A stretch of 64,000 nt of DNA from Myxococcota bacterium (GTDB lineage Bacteria; Myxococcota_C; UBA6777), in NCBI GenBank assembly GCA_023150835.1, contig JAKLKB010000019.1, forward strand, positions 1 to 64,000, in the 5' to 3' direction. Positions 1 through 10,198 of the stretch are shown here, piece by piece. The notes below the pieces were generated by a model, which did no database searches, was not told the DNA's origin, and saw nothing but the letters and a program-made list of their open reading frames with translations. Within the stretch, counting starts at the first letter, position 1; the number at the start of each line of letters is the position of its first letter. The position numbers were made by a program, and so were the translations under genes.

Positions 1-1
1 G

Positions 2-964
2 GTGGGATCGAATGAGCGGGTGTGGTCGTTGGGGGGGGAGGCGGGTTGGGTGGGGCAGCTACAACGGGCGGGCTATGATGTGTGGACGTGCAGTTGGCGT
101 GGAGAGGGCCGAGGTCGCCCACGATTTGGGGATGTGCGCTATGCGTGGGGGTGGCCTGTGCAGGCATGGATCGAGGAGGATCTGCCGGCATTATGGGCGG
201 GAGTGTTGCGTGTGGCGGGGAGTTCGAAGGTGCATTGTGTGGGGCATGGTTTAGGTGGACGATTGTTGTTGGAAGCGCTCAAGGTACGGACGAATCCGAC
301 GGTGGTGACGTGTACGTTGTTGGGGGTTGGTAAAGCGCCGAGGATTCCAGCTTCTCGGTGGTTTGGTCGGGTGGAGTGGCTTTTTTTCTGGCCGTATGTT
401 CCGTGGTCGGGGATCGCGGTGGGTTTGCGGGGGTTGTTGTGGGCTGTTTGTCGTTTGCGTGGTTGGAAACTGGGCTTTGTGGAAACGCGCTCTCCGAATC
501 TCGCGTTGATGCGGCGTTGGTTGTTGGCTGGAACGGAGCCGATCTCAGGGCCGTTGTTGCGTCAGTGGCTGTTGTGGCAAGGAAAATCTCGTGGATTCTT
601 GGGGGAGATGGACGAACAAGAAAGCCGAGTCAGCGATCGGGTGGACGGCAAGCCAAACACCGAGGGCGAAGTGATCACCTCGCAGGTTGAATTGCAATCT
701 GCTCCATCTGCGGGAGTTTTGCATTGGTTATTTGTGGTGGGAGATCGCGATCTGATCGCCCCGCTGGAGGCTGTCGAGCGTTTGCTTGGTGAGTTGCGTG
801 GAGGCCAGAAGCAAGTGATCTGTCTTCCGCTCAAAGACTCGATCCATGCGATGCACTACAGCCACTTGGATCTGTTGTTGTCGCCCGCGTTGCAAGACGA
901 TTTTTTTCCGTTGTGGCTGCGGTGGTTAGAAGACCCCGAAGGCGTTTCTTTGAACGAAAAGTGA
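2..964 (+). CDS. Alpha/beta-hydrolase fold protein (5' truncated by window edge)
   Basis: Elbow-like VGHGLGG, acid motif GDRDLIAP, C-terminal YSHLDLL His motif; ORF open from window start. Confidence 0.7.
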   Translation: MGSNERVWSLGGEAGWVGQLQRAGYDVWTCSWRGEGRGRPRFGDVRYAWGWPVQAWIEEDLPALWAGVLRVAGSSKVHCVGHGLGGRLLLEALKVRTNPTVVTCTLLGVGKAPRIPASRWFGRVEWLFFWPYVPWSGIAVGLRGLLWAVCRLRGWKLGFVETRSPNLALMRRWLLAGTEPISGPLLRQWLLWQGKSRGFLGEMDEQESRVSDRVDGKPNTEGEVITSQVELQSAPSAGVLHWLFVVGDRDLIAPLEAVERLLGELRGGQKQVICLPLKDSIHAMHYSHLDLLLSPALQDDFFPLWLRWLEDPEGVSLNEK

Positions 965-979
965 GCGCAGTCCCGCTCG

Positions 980-1205
980 TCTTGTCGCAGGGTGCGGAAG
1001 GAAAAAGCAAGCCCAGAAATCTTGTCGCAGGGTGCGGAAGGAAAAAAGCAAGCCCAGAAATCTTGTCGCAGGGTGCGGAAGGAAAAAAGCAAGCCTAGAA
1101 ATCTTTGCGCAGGGTGCGGAAGGAAAAAAGCAAGCCCAGAAATCTTTGCGCAGGGTGCGGAAGGAAAAAAGCAAGCCCAGATCTCCGTCCGCAGAGTGCG
1201 GAAGG
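980..1205. repeat. Tandem array of ~5.5 copies of a 40-41 bp unit (TCTTGTCGCAGGGTGCGGAAGGAAAAAAGCAAGCCCAGAAA), no spacers
   Basis: Units start near 980, 1020, 1061, 1102, 1143, plus a degenerate sixth. Confidence 0.95.
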
Positions 1206-1371
1206 GCACACATAAGGAGAGCGGTCTGCACGGTTCGAAGATCGGCGATGACAAGTCGGGTCGTTCACACATTCGAGAGTCCCGAAGATCCAAGGGGGCG
1301 GAGGTGGATTTTTTGTGTTTTGGGTGGAGATTTGCGAAGCTTCCTGTTGAGACAGAACAGGGAGAAGTGCG

Positions 1372-2616
1372 ATGCAGAAAAAGCGATGGTTTGGTACGTT
1401 ATGGAGTGATCCTTGGTTGATGTTGGTGAGCATCGTGTTGGCGATGGTGGGTGTGTCGATGATCTACTCGACCACGCATGTTGGGGCGATGGAGAAATTC
1501 AACAGTCCGTATTTGTACTTGCGGCAGCATCTTGTGAGTTTGGCGTTGGGGTTGGTGGGGCTGATGTTTTTTAGCCAGTTGCCGATGAAGACGCTGCGCA
1601 GGTTTGCCCCTTGGATGCTGCTGGCGGTGTTTGGTTTGTTGGTGTTGGTGTTGGTTCCGGGGTTTGGGGCGCGAGTTGGTGGAGCGATCCGTTGGTTAAA
1701 GATCGCGGGGATTCGGGTGGGTCAGCCTGCGGAGTTGGCGAAGTTGGCGCTGGTGATCTTTGTGGCGTACTCGCTGGAGCGCAAGCATGATCGGGTGGAT
1801 CAGTTGTTCGTGGGTTTTTTGCCGAACGTGGTGGTGGCGGGTTTGATGGTGGGATTGTTGATGGTGCAGCCGGACTTTGGGACTTCGATGCTGTTGTTGA
1901 CGGTGTTGATGATCATGATGTTTGTGGGGGGGGTTCCCAAGCGGATTTTGGTGGGGAGTGCGTTGATGGCGTTGCCGATGATTTACTTGATGTTGACGCG
2001 CAAAGCGTATCGTTGGAAGCGCATTACTTCGTTTTTGGACCCATTTGCGCCTGAAAATATCCAAGCTGGGGCTTATCAGCTTGTGCAGTCGTTAAAGACG
2101 ATCGCGATGGGAGGATTGTGGGGGATGGGGATCGGGCAGAGCCGGCAAAAGCTGGGGCATCTGCCCGAAGCGCATACGGATTTTATTTTTGCGATCGTGG
2201 GTGAAGAACTTGGATTGATCGGCGTTTTTTTGGTGATGTTGGCGTTCTTGTTCTTTGTGTATCGGGGATTTCGGATCGCGATGCGGGCGCGGGATCTGTT
2301 TAGCCAGTACGTGGCGTTGGGTTTGGCGTGTACGGTGGGGTTGCAATGCTTGCTCAATGTGGGCGTTGTGATGGGTTCATTGCCGACAAAGGGGATGCCG
2401 CTTCCATTTTTGTCCTTTGCGCGCTCGTCGTTGATCGTGGTGCTGTGTTGTGTGGGGATCTTACAACGGATCGAAGCGGATACGTTAGCGTCGGAGTATC
2501 GGGCCAAACGCAAGCGCGAAGAGAACACCGCCGATCGAGAAAGTGCTGCACGTCAATCGACGGGTGAACACCGAAACATTTCTGCGGGTGCGCGTCCTGT
2601 CCAATCAGCGAGCTAA
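1372..2616 (+). CDS. ftsW: SEDS-family peptidoglycan polymerase FtsW
   Basis: About 10 TM segments; GAIRW, QPAELAK, QPDFGT, GAYQ..QS, LPEAHTDFIF, PTKGMPLPF motifs. Confidence 0.9.
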   Translation: MQKKRWFGTLWSDPWLMLVSIVLAMVGVSMIYSTTHVGAMEKFNSPYLYLRQHLVSLALGLVGLMFFSQLPMKTLRRFAPWMLLAVFGLLVLVLVPGFGARVGGAIRWLKIAGIRVGQPAELAKLALVIFVAYSLERKHDRVDQLFVGFLPNVVVAGLMVGLLMVQPDFGTSMLLLTVLMIMMFVGGVPKRILVGSALMALPMIYLMLTRKAYRWKRITSFLDPFAPENIQAGAYQLVQSLKTIAMGGLWGMGIGQSRQKLGHLPEAHTDFIFAIVGEELGLIGVFLVMLAFLFFVYRGFRIAMRARDLFSQYVALGLACTVGLQCLLNVGVVMGSLPTKGMPLPFLSFARSSLIVVLCCVGILQRIEADTLASEYRAKRKREENTADRESAARQSTGEHRNISAGARPVQSAS

Positions 2617-2739
2617 TACGAGATCCGCCCGTTGTGTGATCGTAAGGACGTAGGGGCAGACCCCTGTGTCTGCCCGATCATAGGGCGGTTCGCGAACCGC
2701 CCCTACATCATGCGATCATACATTACGCGGAGATCGTAT
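2616..2739 (+). repeat. Dispersed REP/MITE-like element, family 1 (copy A)
   Basis: Ends ATACGAGATCCG...CGGAGATCGTAT; internal GTAGGGGCAGAC..GTCTGCCC hairpin; six further copies in window. Confidence 0.85.
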
Positions 2740-2760
2740 AAGTGGAAAACAGCCCATCGT

Positions 2761-2944
2761 CCTCGTGTTTGTGGTGTTTCAAGCGACAGGGTTGTTTGTT
2801 TGAAACACCAGCGCTCTTTTCGCCTCTCACGGGGTCAAGGGGGCGGTGCTCCCTTGCGGGGTGTGGGGTGGAACCCCGCGAAGCCCGTATTGATCAAAGG
2901 AAAGGGGTGTGGGCTTGCAGGGTGTGGGGTTGGAACCCCACAAC
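2761..2944 (+). repeat. Dispersed hairpin element, family 2 (copy a, with duplicated terminal GGGG/CCCC hairpin)
   Basis: TCAAGCGACAG...GGGGTCAAGGGG..CCCTTG.GGGGTGTGGGG..CCCC, matching copies at 31647, 33071 and 63661. Confidence 0.75.
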
Positions 2945-3001
2945 ACCCGATCCGAGCCAATAAACCCCGCCACACCCGAACGAAGCAAAAGGAGCGTAAA
3001 G

Positions 3002-3847
3002 ATGGCGTGGGTGCATACGTTGGAAAGAGCGGCGCGTTGGAGTTTGCGGCGAACAGGGGTGCAGAGTCGTTATGTGGGGACGGCGCATGGCGGGATTCAT
3101 GTGTATGATGCGCAAGGATCGGGGTCTTTGCCGACGCTTGTGTTGTTGCATGGGATCTCGTCGTCAGCAACGTCCTTTGGTCGGTTGTTTGGGCCGTTGC
3201 GCGAAGCACATCGTCGAGTGCTTGCGTTGGATGCGTTGGGTCATGGATTTAGCGACATCCCGAAGGTGTTGCATCCTCAAGTGATCTTTGCAGGTTTGCA
3301 CGAAGCGTTGGGAGAGATGCTCGACGAGCCGTTTGTGTTGTTTGGGAACTCGATGGGCGGGGCGATGGCGCTGCGTTATGGGTTGGAGCATCCTGAGCGA
3401 TTGAGGGGGTTGATCTTGTCGTCACCAGCGGGGGCGTACATGAGCGAGGAAGAGATGCGCTCGTTTTTAACGCAATTTTCGATGGAGAAGAAAGAAGCGG
3501 CCAAGGCATTTGTCGAAAAGCTGTATCACCAAGTGCCGTGGTACGGGCCATTGTTGGTGGCTGCGCTACGCCAACAGTTTTTGCGGCCACAGATCCAACA
3601 ATTTTTTCATGCAGCTTCGCCCGATCAGTTGTTTAAGCCCGAAGAACTGGCCTCTTTGAAACCTCCGACGATGCTGTTGTGGGGGGCTTCGGAGCGTTTG
3701 ATGCGCCCCGAACATCTTGCGTACTTTGAGGCGCATCTGCCCGAGAGTGTGCGGTTTGAGAGACCCGAACGGGTCGGCCACTGCCCCCATCTTGAGCGGC
3801 CCAAGGAGCTTGCTCGGATGATCGCGAGCTTCGTTTCTTCTTTGTGA
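3002..3847 (+). CDS. Alpha/beta hydrolase
   Basis: LLHG, DALGHG, GNSMGG nucleophile, GHCPHLE; AAGGAG RBS before ATG 3002. Confidence 0.9.
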   Translation: MAWVHTLERAARWSLRRTGVQSRYVGTAHGGIHVYDAQGSGSLPTLVLLHGISSSATSFGRLFGPLREAHRRVLALDALGHGFSDIPKVLHPQVIFAGLHEALGEMLDEPFVLFGNSMGGAMALRYGLEHPERLRGLILSSPAGAYMSEEEMRSFLTQFSMEKKEAAKAFVEKLYHQVPWYGPLLVAALRQQFLRPQIQQFFHAASPDQLFKPEELASLKPPTMLLWGASERLMRPEHLAYFEAHLPESVRFERPERVGHCPHLERPKELARMIASFVSSL

Positions 3848-3869
3848 AGGGAATTCTGCGGTTGGAGGG

Positions 3870-3945
3870 TGTTGTGGGGTGCTGTCGCGTATGCCATCCA
3901 AGAACCGCGTCCCCTTGACCTCGTATCGTGCAAGGACAGAAGCTT
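3870..3945 (-). repeat. Degenerate partial family 2 element
   Basis: TGTGGGGTGCT...CAAG...CCCCTTGACC.CGTATCG aligns with the 31647 copy. Confidence 0.55.
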
Positions 3946-4025
3946 GCTTGTGTTTTGGGAGAGATCTCGGGTACGATGCGCGGATAACGAGCATCGCATC
4001 TTGATGGATAGAAAGAGAGGCCCGT

Positions 4026-6272
4026 ATGCAGAGAAGAATTGTGTTGTGTGTGTGGTTTCGGCGAGTATCGGGAGTGTTGGCTTTGGGGATGTGGCTGTTG
4101 TTGTGGGGAGGGGTGACGAGCGGATGCCAAAAGTCCCAAAGCTGCCAAGCAGACGAAGAATGCCCTGTGGGGCAGTTTTGTAAATCGGGTGCTTGCGGCT
4201 CTTCTTGCAAGGACGACGGTGAGTGCGACAAAGCCAAAAAGGAGATCTGCAACTTGACGCGAGGAAAGTGTCAAGAAAAGAGCCAACAAACCTGCACACC
4301 TCAGGCTTCGCGCCAATGTACGGGCGGCCATGTGTATTGGTTTGATAGCTGCGGTTATCAGCAAGAAAAAGCCCAAGATTGTGCGGCAAAAGGATGCGAG
4401 AACGGCCAATGCAAAGAAGGCGATACATGCGGGAACGGCGCTTGTGAGCCGGGCAAAGAAGATTGCACGACTTGCCCCCAAGATTGCGGCTGCAAGAGCG
4501 ATGAAAAGTGCAGCAATGGTGTTTGTGAGAAGTTAAATACTTGTGGAAACGGTGCTTGCGAAAAGGACAAGGGCGAAGACTGTGCGAAATGCCCGGGAGA
4601 TTGTGCTTGTCCGAGCGGTATGTTGTGCGATAGCGGCCAGTGTCAAAAGCAAGAATCTTGCGGCAACGGCAAGTGCGAGAGCGATCAAAAAGAAAACTGT
4701 TTGAGTTGTCCGAGCGATTGCCCTTGTGGTGCGGGTGAGATCTGTGATCCAAGCCTTGCCCGATGCCGTCAGTCTTGTGGGGACAACGTCTGCGATACCA
4801 AGGCGGGTGAAGATTGCACCAATTGTCCGAGTGATTGTGCTTGTGCGACAGGCCAACGTTGCAGTCAAGGCCGTTGTGAGCGGACGTGTGGGAATGGCCG
4901 TTGTGAGACCTCTTATGGGGAGGATTGCACGTCTTGTCCGCAAGATTGTCTGTGCCAAGCGGATCAAGCTTGCAAAGACGGAAAGTGCGGTGGAGACTGT
5001 GGGAACGGCACTTGCCAAGCCGACAAAGGTGAGAACTGTTCGACGTGTGCAGCGGATTGCGCGTGTGGTTCGGACAAATACTGCGAAAGCGGCCAATGCC
5101 TCGATTGGTGCGGAAACCGTGTGTGTGATGCGAGCCGCAGCGAAAACTGTGACAACTGCCCCAAAGACTGTGCTTGTTCGAGTGGATCGGTTTGCAAAAG
5201 TGGCCAATGCACAGCGCTTTGCGGTGATGGAACGTGCGATGCTGCGGCAGGCGAAAATTGTGGGACGTGCCCGAAAGACTGTGCTTGCCAAAACAACGAA
5301 AGCTGCATCAGCGGAAAGTGTACTTGCGTCCCAAACTGCAAAGACAAAGATTGCGGAAGTGACGGATGTGGAGGCTCTTGTGGCTCTTGTCTGGGCACAA
5401 AAAATATCTGTGACAACGGAAAGTGCAAGTGCAACGACACCTGTCAAGTGGACCAAAAACAATGCGTCGGGGCGAACAACTACGAAAGCTGCCAGCAAGA
5501 CGCCAGCGGTTGTTTGCAATGGAAGCGCTTTGAATGTCCGCCCAATCGGGTTTGTCAGAATGGCTCTTGTTGCGAGGCATCCTGCGGAAACCGCAAGTGC
5601 GGTCCCGATGGCTGCGGAGGCGAGTGTGGGCAATGTTCGACGCGCTCGACGTGCAACAACGGAAACTGCGATTGTAAACACGAATGCCCCACCAAAGGCG
5701 TCGGTGCGTGCGATGGGACGGGGGCTTACAAAGAATGCTTGGAAGATTTTAGTGGCTGCCGCTATTGGTCGCCTGTGCGAAACTGCGCGCAAGGACAAGT
5801 GTGTGCAAGCGGCGCGTGTTGCTCACCGAACTGTACCAACAAAGAATGTGGAACAGACGGATGCACCGGCAACTGCGGAAACTGCGGTGGTGGCTGTATT
5901 GGGAACTTGTGTGCGCGAACGCTGCAAGTGACGGTGGTCGATATCAATTCGGACAACTGCAACGACGATTTTTGGCCTGTTTCTGGAAAACCCGATCCCT
6001 ATATCGTGTTGATCTTGGGAAGCGGCAAAGAGTACAAAAGCTCCGAAAAAAGCGACAGCAAGGGAACCGTCACGTTCAATTGGACGGTGACGAACTTGGA
6101 TCCGCTGGAATTAAAGAACGCAAAGCTGGAGGCGTGGGATTCCGATGGTGGTTTGCGTGGGGACGATGATCTGTGCGGTCGTTGGACAGCGGATCTATCG
6201 AGTCCGGGCACACGCACGCTGACGGATTCGGGCAATCGCAATGTCAAGATCACAGTGATCATCACGAAGTAA
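4026..6272 (+). CDS. Cys-rich lipoprotein (CGNGxCxxxxGExCxxCPxDC repeats) with C-terminal C2-like domain
   Basis: Signal ending TSG-C; repeated Cys modules; C-term KPDPYIVL...EAWDSDGG..DDDLCG resembles Ca-binding C2 loops. Confidence 0.75.
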   Translation: MQRRIVLCVWFRRVSGVLALGMWLLLWGGVTSGCQKSQSCQADEECPVGQFCKSGACGSSCKDDGECDKAKKEICNLTRGKCQEKSQQTCTPQASRQCTGGHVYWFDSCGYQQEKAQDCAAKGCENGQCKEGDTCGNGACEPGKEDCTTCPQDCGCKSDEKCSNGVCEKLNTCGNGACEKDKGEDCAKCPGDCACPSGMLCDSGQCQKQESCGNGKCESDQKENCLSCPSDCPCGAGEICDPSLARCRQSCGDNVCDTKAGEDCTNCPSDCACATGQRCSQGRCERTCGNGRCETSYGEDCTSCPQDCLCQADQACKDGKCGGDCGNGTCQADKGENCSTCAADCACGSDKYCESGQCLDWCGNRVCDASRSENCDNCPKDCACSSGSVCKSGQCTALCGDGTCDAAAGENCGTCPKDCACQNNESCISGKCTCVPNCKDKDCGSDGCGGSCGSCLGTKNICDNGKCKCNDTCQVDQKQCVGANNYESCQQDASGCLQWKRFECPPNRVCQNGSCCEASCGNRKCGPDGCGGECGQCSTRSTCNNGNCDCKHECPTKGVGACDGTGAYKECLEDFSGCRYWSPVRNCAQGQVCASGACCSPNCTNKECGTDGCTGNCGNCGGGCIGNLCARTLQVTVVDINSDNCNDDFWPVSGKPDPYIVLILGSGKEYKSSEKSDSKGTVTFNWTVTNLDPLELKNAKLEAWDSDGGLRGDDDLCGRWTADLSSPGTRTLTDSGNRNVKITVIITK

Positions 6273-6285
6273 GAAAGGGCCGAAG

Positions 6286-6939
6286 ATGACGGGTTGGTGG
6301 TGGTTGTTATGGGTGCTTGGTTACGGTGTGGTGATCTTCTTTTTGTGGCACACCCCTGTGCTGTACCCGTTCAAGCTGATTACGATCTACGTTCATGAGG
6401 CTGCGCATGCGTTGGCGGGATGGCTAACGGGCGCAACGGTCGATGGGATCGAGGTGAACGCCGACCAAGGCGGAGTGACGCACCTACGGGGAGGATCGAT
6501 GTGGTTGATCTTGCCTGCGGGTTATTTGGGATCATCGTTTTTTGGTGCGGCGTTGATCTTGATGGGGAGCCAACCTGCGCTGGCCAAGATCACGTCGGTG
6601 TTGTTGGGGGCGACGATGTTGATCTTGTTGTATTGGTCGAGCAATTGGCTGACACGGGGGTTGACGTTGTTGTTTGTGGGCTTGATCGGCGTGCTGTGGT
6701 GGCTGCAAGAGGGAGCTTTTCTACCCCATTTTGTGTTGTTTGTGGGGACGATGAGCGCGTTGTATGCGGTGTATGATATCTTTGACGACACGATCCGCCG
6801 AACCGTCAAGCAGTCGGATGCTTACAAGATGTCGGAGATGACGGGGATTCCATCGATCGTGTGGGGCGTGTTGTGGATGTTGTTTTCGATGGCTCTGTTG
6901 GCGGGCGTTTTGTATCTTGGGATACGGCTGCGCGGTTGA
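6286..6939 (+). CDS. Peptidase M50B-like membrane metalloprotease
   Basis: HEAAH, QGGVT, PAGYLG, SDA motifs; multi-TM. Confidence 0.85.
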   Translation: MTGWWWLLWVLGYGVVIFFLWHTPVLYPFKLITIYVHEAAHALAGWLTGATVDGIEVNADQGGVTHLRGGSMWLILPAGYLGSSFFGAALILMGSQPALAKITSVLLGATMLILLYWSSNWLTRGLTLLFVGLIGVLWWLQEGAFLPHFVLFVGTMSALYAVYDIFDDTIRRTVKQSDAYKMSEMTGIPSIVWGVLWMLFSMALLAGVLYLGIRLRG

Positions 6940-7130
6940 GAAGACGAACACGAACAGAGAGCGACAAGCTGTGAGGGGAGGCGAAATGCTCGGTTGTGCG
7001 GCGGAGAGAACGAAAACGAACAACCGAAGCGAAGGCGAGAGAAGGCTTGCGTGCGGGAAGGATTTCTTTATAATGCGGCGATGTGATGTTGCACCGTGTA
7101 TAGAGCCGATCGGCTTGCGGGAGGAATAGG

Positions 7131-8339
7131 ATGCCAGTTTTTGCATGGGAAGGTCGTGGCCCCTCGGGGGATATCAAACGCGGCGAGATGGAAGCCAAGG
7201 CCCTCAACGATGTCCAAGCGCGTTTGCGCGTCATGGGGATCAGCAGCCCAAAGATCAAGAAGAAAGGCATCAGCATTGAGATCAAGATGCCGGAGATCTT
7301 TTCGAGCGTGTCGATCAAGGAACTGGTGATCTTTACGCGTCAGTTTGCAACGATGATCGATGCGGGTCTTCCGTTGGTTCAGTGCATGGATATCCTCTCC
7401 TCTCAAAATACCAACCCGTTTTTCAAACGGGTGTTGCTGCAAATCAAAGGGGATATCGAGAGCGGCTCGACGTTTGCGGACTCGCTCAAAAAGCACCCGA
7501 AGGTGTTCGATGCGTTGTTTGTAAACCTCGTAGCTGCGGGCGAGATCGGGGGTGTGTTGGATACGATCTTGAACCGATTGGCGGTGTTCATCGAAAAGAA
7601 CATGAAGGTGATCAAGAAAGTCAAAGGAGCGATGGTGTATCCTTTGGCGATCATCGGGGTCATGATCTTGTCTGTGACGGTCATGATGATCTGGGTTATT
7701 CCGACGTTCAAAAGTATGTTCGCGAGTATGGGCGGGCAGCTACCGTGGATGACCCAACAAGTGATCTATTTGAGTGAATTTTTTCAAAAATACATCATTC
7801 ATATCATCGCGGTGTTTGCGGGGTTGGTGTGGTTGTTTCGGTGGTTTTACAACTCTGATTGGGGCCGCAACCTATGGGACCGAAGTTTGCTGTGGATGCC
7901 GTTGATCGGGCCGGTGGTGCGAAAGTCTGCCGTTGCGCGTTTTACGCGAACCTTGAGCACCATGATATCTTCGGGGGTTCCGCTGTTGGATGCGTTGGAT
8001 ATCGTCGCGAAAGCCTCGGGGAACCGCAAGATCGAGTCGTCGATTTATTACGTTCGCGACAAGATCTCCGAAGGTCAAAACATGGTCGGTCCTCTGGATG
8101 ACACCAAAGTCTTTCCGTCGATGGTGGTACAAATGATCGGCGTTGGCGAAGCAACGGGGGCTTTGGACGTCATGCTTGCCAAGATCGCGGACTTTTACGA
8201 AGAAGAAGTGGACGATGCTGTCGGTGCGATGACGCAGATGATGGAACCGTTGATGTTGGTGTTTGTTGCGGTGATCTTGGGGGGGATGTTGATCGCGATG
8301 TATATGCCGATCTTTTCGCTTGCTGGCAACATCAAGTGA
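7131..8339 (+). CDS. pilC: Type IV pilus platform protein PilC
   Basis: FTRQFATMIDAGLPL, AGEIGGVLD, AMVYP, VGEATGALD, MYMPIF. Confidence 0.95.
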   Translation: MPVFAWEGRGPSGDIKRGEMEAKALNDVQARLRVMGISSPKIKKKGISIEIKMPEIFSSVSIKELVIFTRQFATMIDAGLPLVQCMDILSSQNTNPFFKRVLLQIKGDIESGSTFADSLKKHPKVFDALFVNLVAAGEIGGVLDTILNRLAVFIEKNMKVIKKVKGAMVYPLAIIGVMILSVTVMMIWVIPTFKSMFASMGGQLPWMTQQVIYLSEFFQKYIIHIIAVFAGLVWLFRWFYNSDWGRNLWDRSLLWMPLIGPVVRKSAVARFTRTLSTMISSGVPLLDALDIVAKASGNRKIESSIYYVRDKISEGQNMVGPLDDTKVFPSMVVQMIGVGEATGALDVMLAKIADFYEEEVDDAVGAMTQMMEPLMLVFVAVILGGMLIAMYMPIFSLAGNIK

Positions 8340-8371
8340 ACCGTTGGCCGACGCAGAAAGGTGGCTGAGCG

Positions 8372-10198
8372 TTGCGTTCTCCGTCTTCTCCGAGCATACC
8401 TTTTCTTCCTGCTGTGGTCCAACGGACTTCTTCTTCGCAGATCCTTGGTTTTGAAAAACGTCTTTTGTGGGCGATGGGGACACGGTTGGCGATGGGGACC
8501 CTTTTGATGGGCGCGACCGTAGCGTACCAACTCCGCCGCAATGTGCATGAAGCCTATCCTGCGGAAAACGCCGTTTTTTGGTTGGTGGGTGCCATCTATG
8601 TGCTGACGTTGCTGTATAGTTTTTTGTTGCCGCGTTTATCGGAGTTTCGACATCTGCATGGGTTTGCGTGGATTCAAAGCGCGGTGGATGTGCTGCTGGT
8701 TACGTTGTTGGTGTTGGCAACGGGATACCAAGAGTCGCTGTTTTTGTTTGCGTATTTGTTGATCATCATCGAAGCAGCGGCGCTGTTGTCTCGGCGGTAT
8801 GCTTTTTTGTTTGCTGCGATCTGCCAAGTCACGTTATTGGGTTTGTTGAGCGCGAGTTTACTTGGGTGGACGCGGTGGTTGGGTTTTTTACGGCAACCAG
8901 CATCTCTGGAACTTTATGATTTTTTGTATGTTTTTTTGGTTTATGGCTCTGCTTTTTTTTTGGTTGCGTTGTTATCGAGCCATTTGGCGGAGCTTTTGCG
9001 ATCGAGCGGCGAGCTGATTCAAGAAAAGCAAAGCCATATCGAGGCATTGTTGACGCAGCATGACGATCTACGGACGTTGCATCGTGATATCGTGATGAGC
9101 CTGAGTTCGGGGTTGGTGACGACGGATGATTTGGGCCGAGTGCAGTTTTTAAACCCTGTGGCATGGGATATCTTGGGTTTGCAGGCCGAACGGACGGGTC
9201 CGATCCAGATCGAAGAGTTGTTGTCGGGTTTGCCTTGGCGCGCCATTCAGTCCAACGAACACCAAGGTTCGCGTTTGGAGATATTGTACGATCGAGAAGA
9301 CGGCCAACAACGCGTGTTGGGGGTATCATGTTCTCCGTTGCGTGATCGCGAAGAGCGTCGCGTAGGTTGGCTGATCTTGTTTCAGGATTTGACGCCGATT
9401 AAAAAGATGGAAGAAAGCGCTCGGCGCAACGAGAGGTTGGCGGCGATCGGTGAATTAGCAGCGGGTTTGGCCCACGAGATCCGCAACCCGCTCGCATCGC
9501 TTTCGGGGGCGGTTCAAATGCTGCAAGAGGCTGTCGATACCCAGCCCGAAGATCGGTTGCTTATGGAGATTGCTGTGCGTGAAACCGAACGACTCAACCA
9601 TCTATTAAGTGACTTTTTGTCGTACGCACGCCCAAAAGAAGCGCAGATCGGCCAACACGAGCTTGGCGGGTTGTTGCAAGGGATGGTGTACTTATTCAAG
9701 CAAGACGAGCGGTTCCAAGATGTGCGTGTTGTCCTTGACTGCCCCGAGAACTGTTCGATCGCGTTCGATCCACAGCTTTTTGAACAAGCGATGTGGAATC
9801 TTTTGATCAACGCGGCTCAAGCAACTCTCCACAAAAAAGGTGTCGTGTCGATCCATGTTTCCCCTGATCCCACAGGCGTGCAGATCGACGTTGTGGACAA
9901 TGGGGTGGGGATCGCTCCTGAGATCCAAAAACGCTTGTTCGATCCGTTTTTTTCGACAAAAGCGGGCGGGACAGGTTTGGGCTTGGCGGTTGTTCAGCGC
10001 ATCGTTGCTGCGCATCATGGGCGCATTGAGGTGTTTTGCCCCAACGAAGGAGGAGCGTGTTTTCGGCTGTTTTTTCCGTTTCATCAGCCCCGCAACGTTG
10101 CCAACGAACGGACTCGCCTTGCCTCGCCTCAGGCAGAAAACGACAGCCGACACAAGGAGACACTTCCGTACCGAACACCTCGGGAGGGATCCGCATGA
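8372..10198 (+). CDS. pilS: Sensor histidine kinase PilS (start uncertain)
   Basis: N-terminal TMs, PAS, LAHEIRNPL H-box, DNGVG and GTGLGL; lies between pilC and an NtrC-type regulator. Confidence 0.9.
   Translation: MRSPSSPSIPFLPAVVQRTSSSQILGFEKRLLWAMGTRLAMGTLLMGATVAYQLRRNVHEAYPAENAVFWLVGAIYVLTLLYSFLLPRLSEFRHLHGFAWIQSAVDVLLVTLLVLATGYQESLFLFAYLLIIIEAAALLSRRYAFLFAAICQVTLLGLLSASLLGWTRWLGFLRQPASLELYDFLYVFLVYGSAFFLVALLSSHLAELLRSSGELIQEKQSHIEALLTQHDDLRTLHRDIVMSLSSGLVTTDDLGRVQFLNPVAWDILGLQAERTGPIQIEELLSGLPWRAIQSNEHQGSRLEILYDREDGQQRVLGVSCSPLRDREERRVGWLILFQDLTPIKKMEESARRNERLAAIGELAAGLAHEIRNPLASLSGAVQMLQEAVDTQPEDRLLMEIAVRETERLNHLLSDFLSYARPKEAQIGQHELGGLLQGMVYLFKQDERFQDVRVVLDCPENCSIAFDPQLFEQAMWNLLINAAQATLHKKGVVSIHVSPDPTGVQIDVVDNGVGIAPEIQKRLFDPFFSTKAGGTGLGLAVVQRIVAAHHGRIEVFCPNEGGACFRLFFPFHQPRNVANERTRLASPQAENDSRHKETLPYRTPREGSA

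Noticed and set aside
980..1205. CRISPR array, or the short ORFs crossing it
   Set aside because: No spacers. The 41-bp period cycles through frames, so the ORFs are repeat artefacts.
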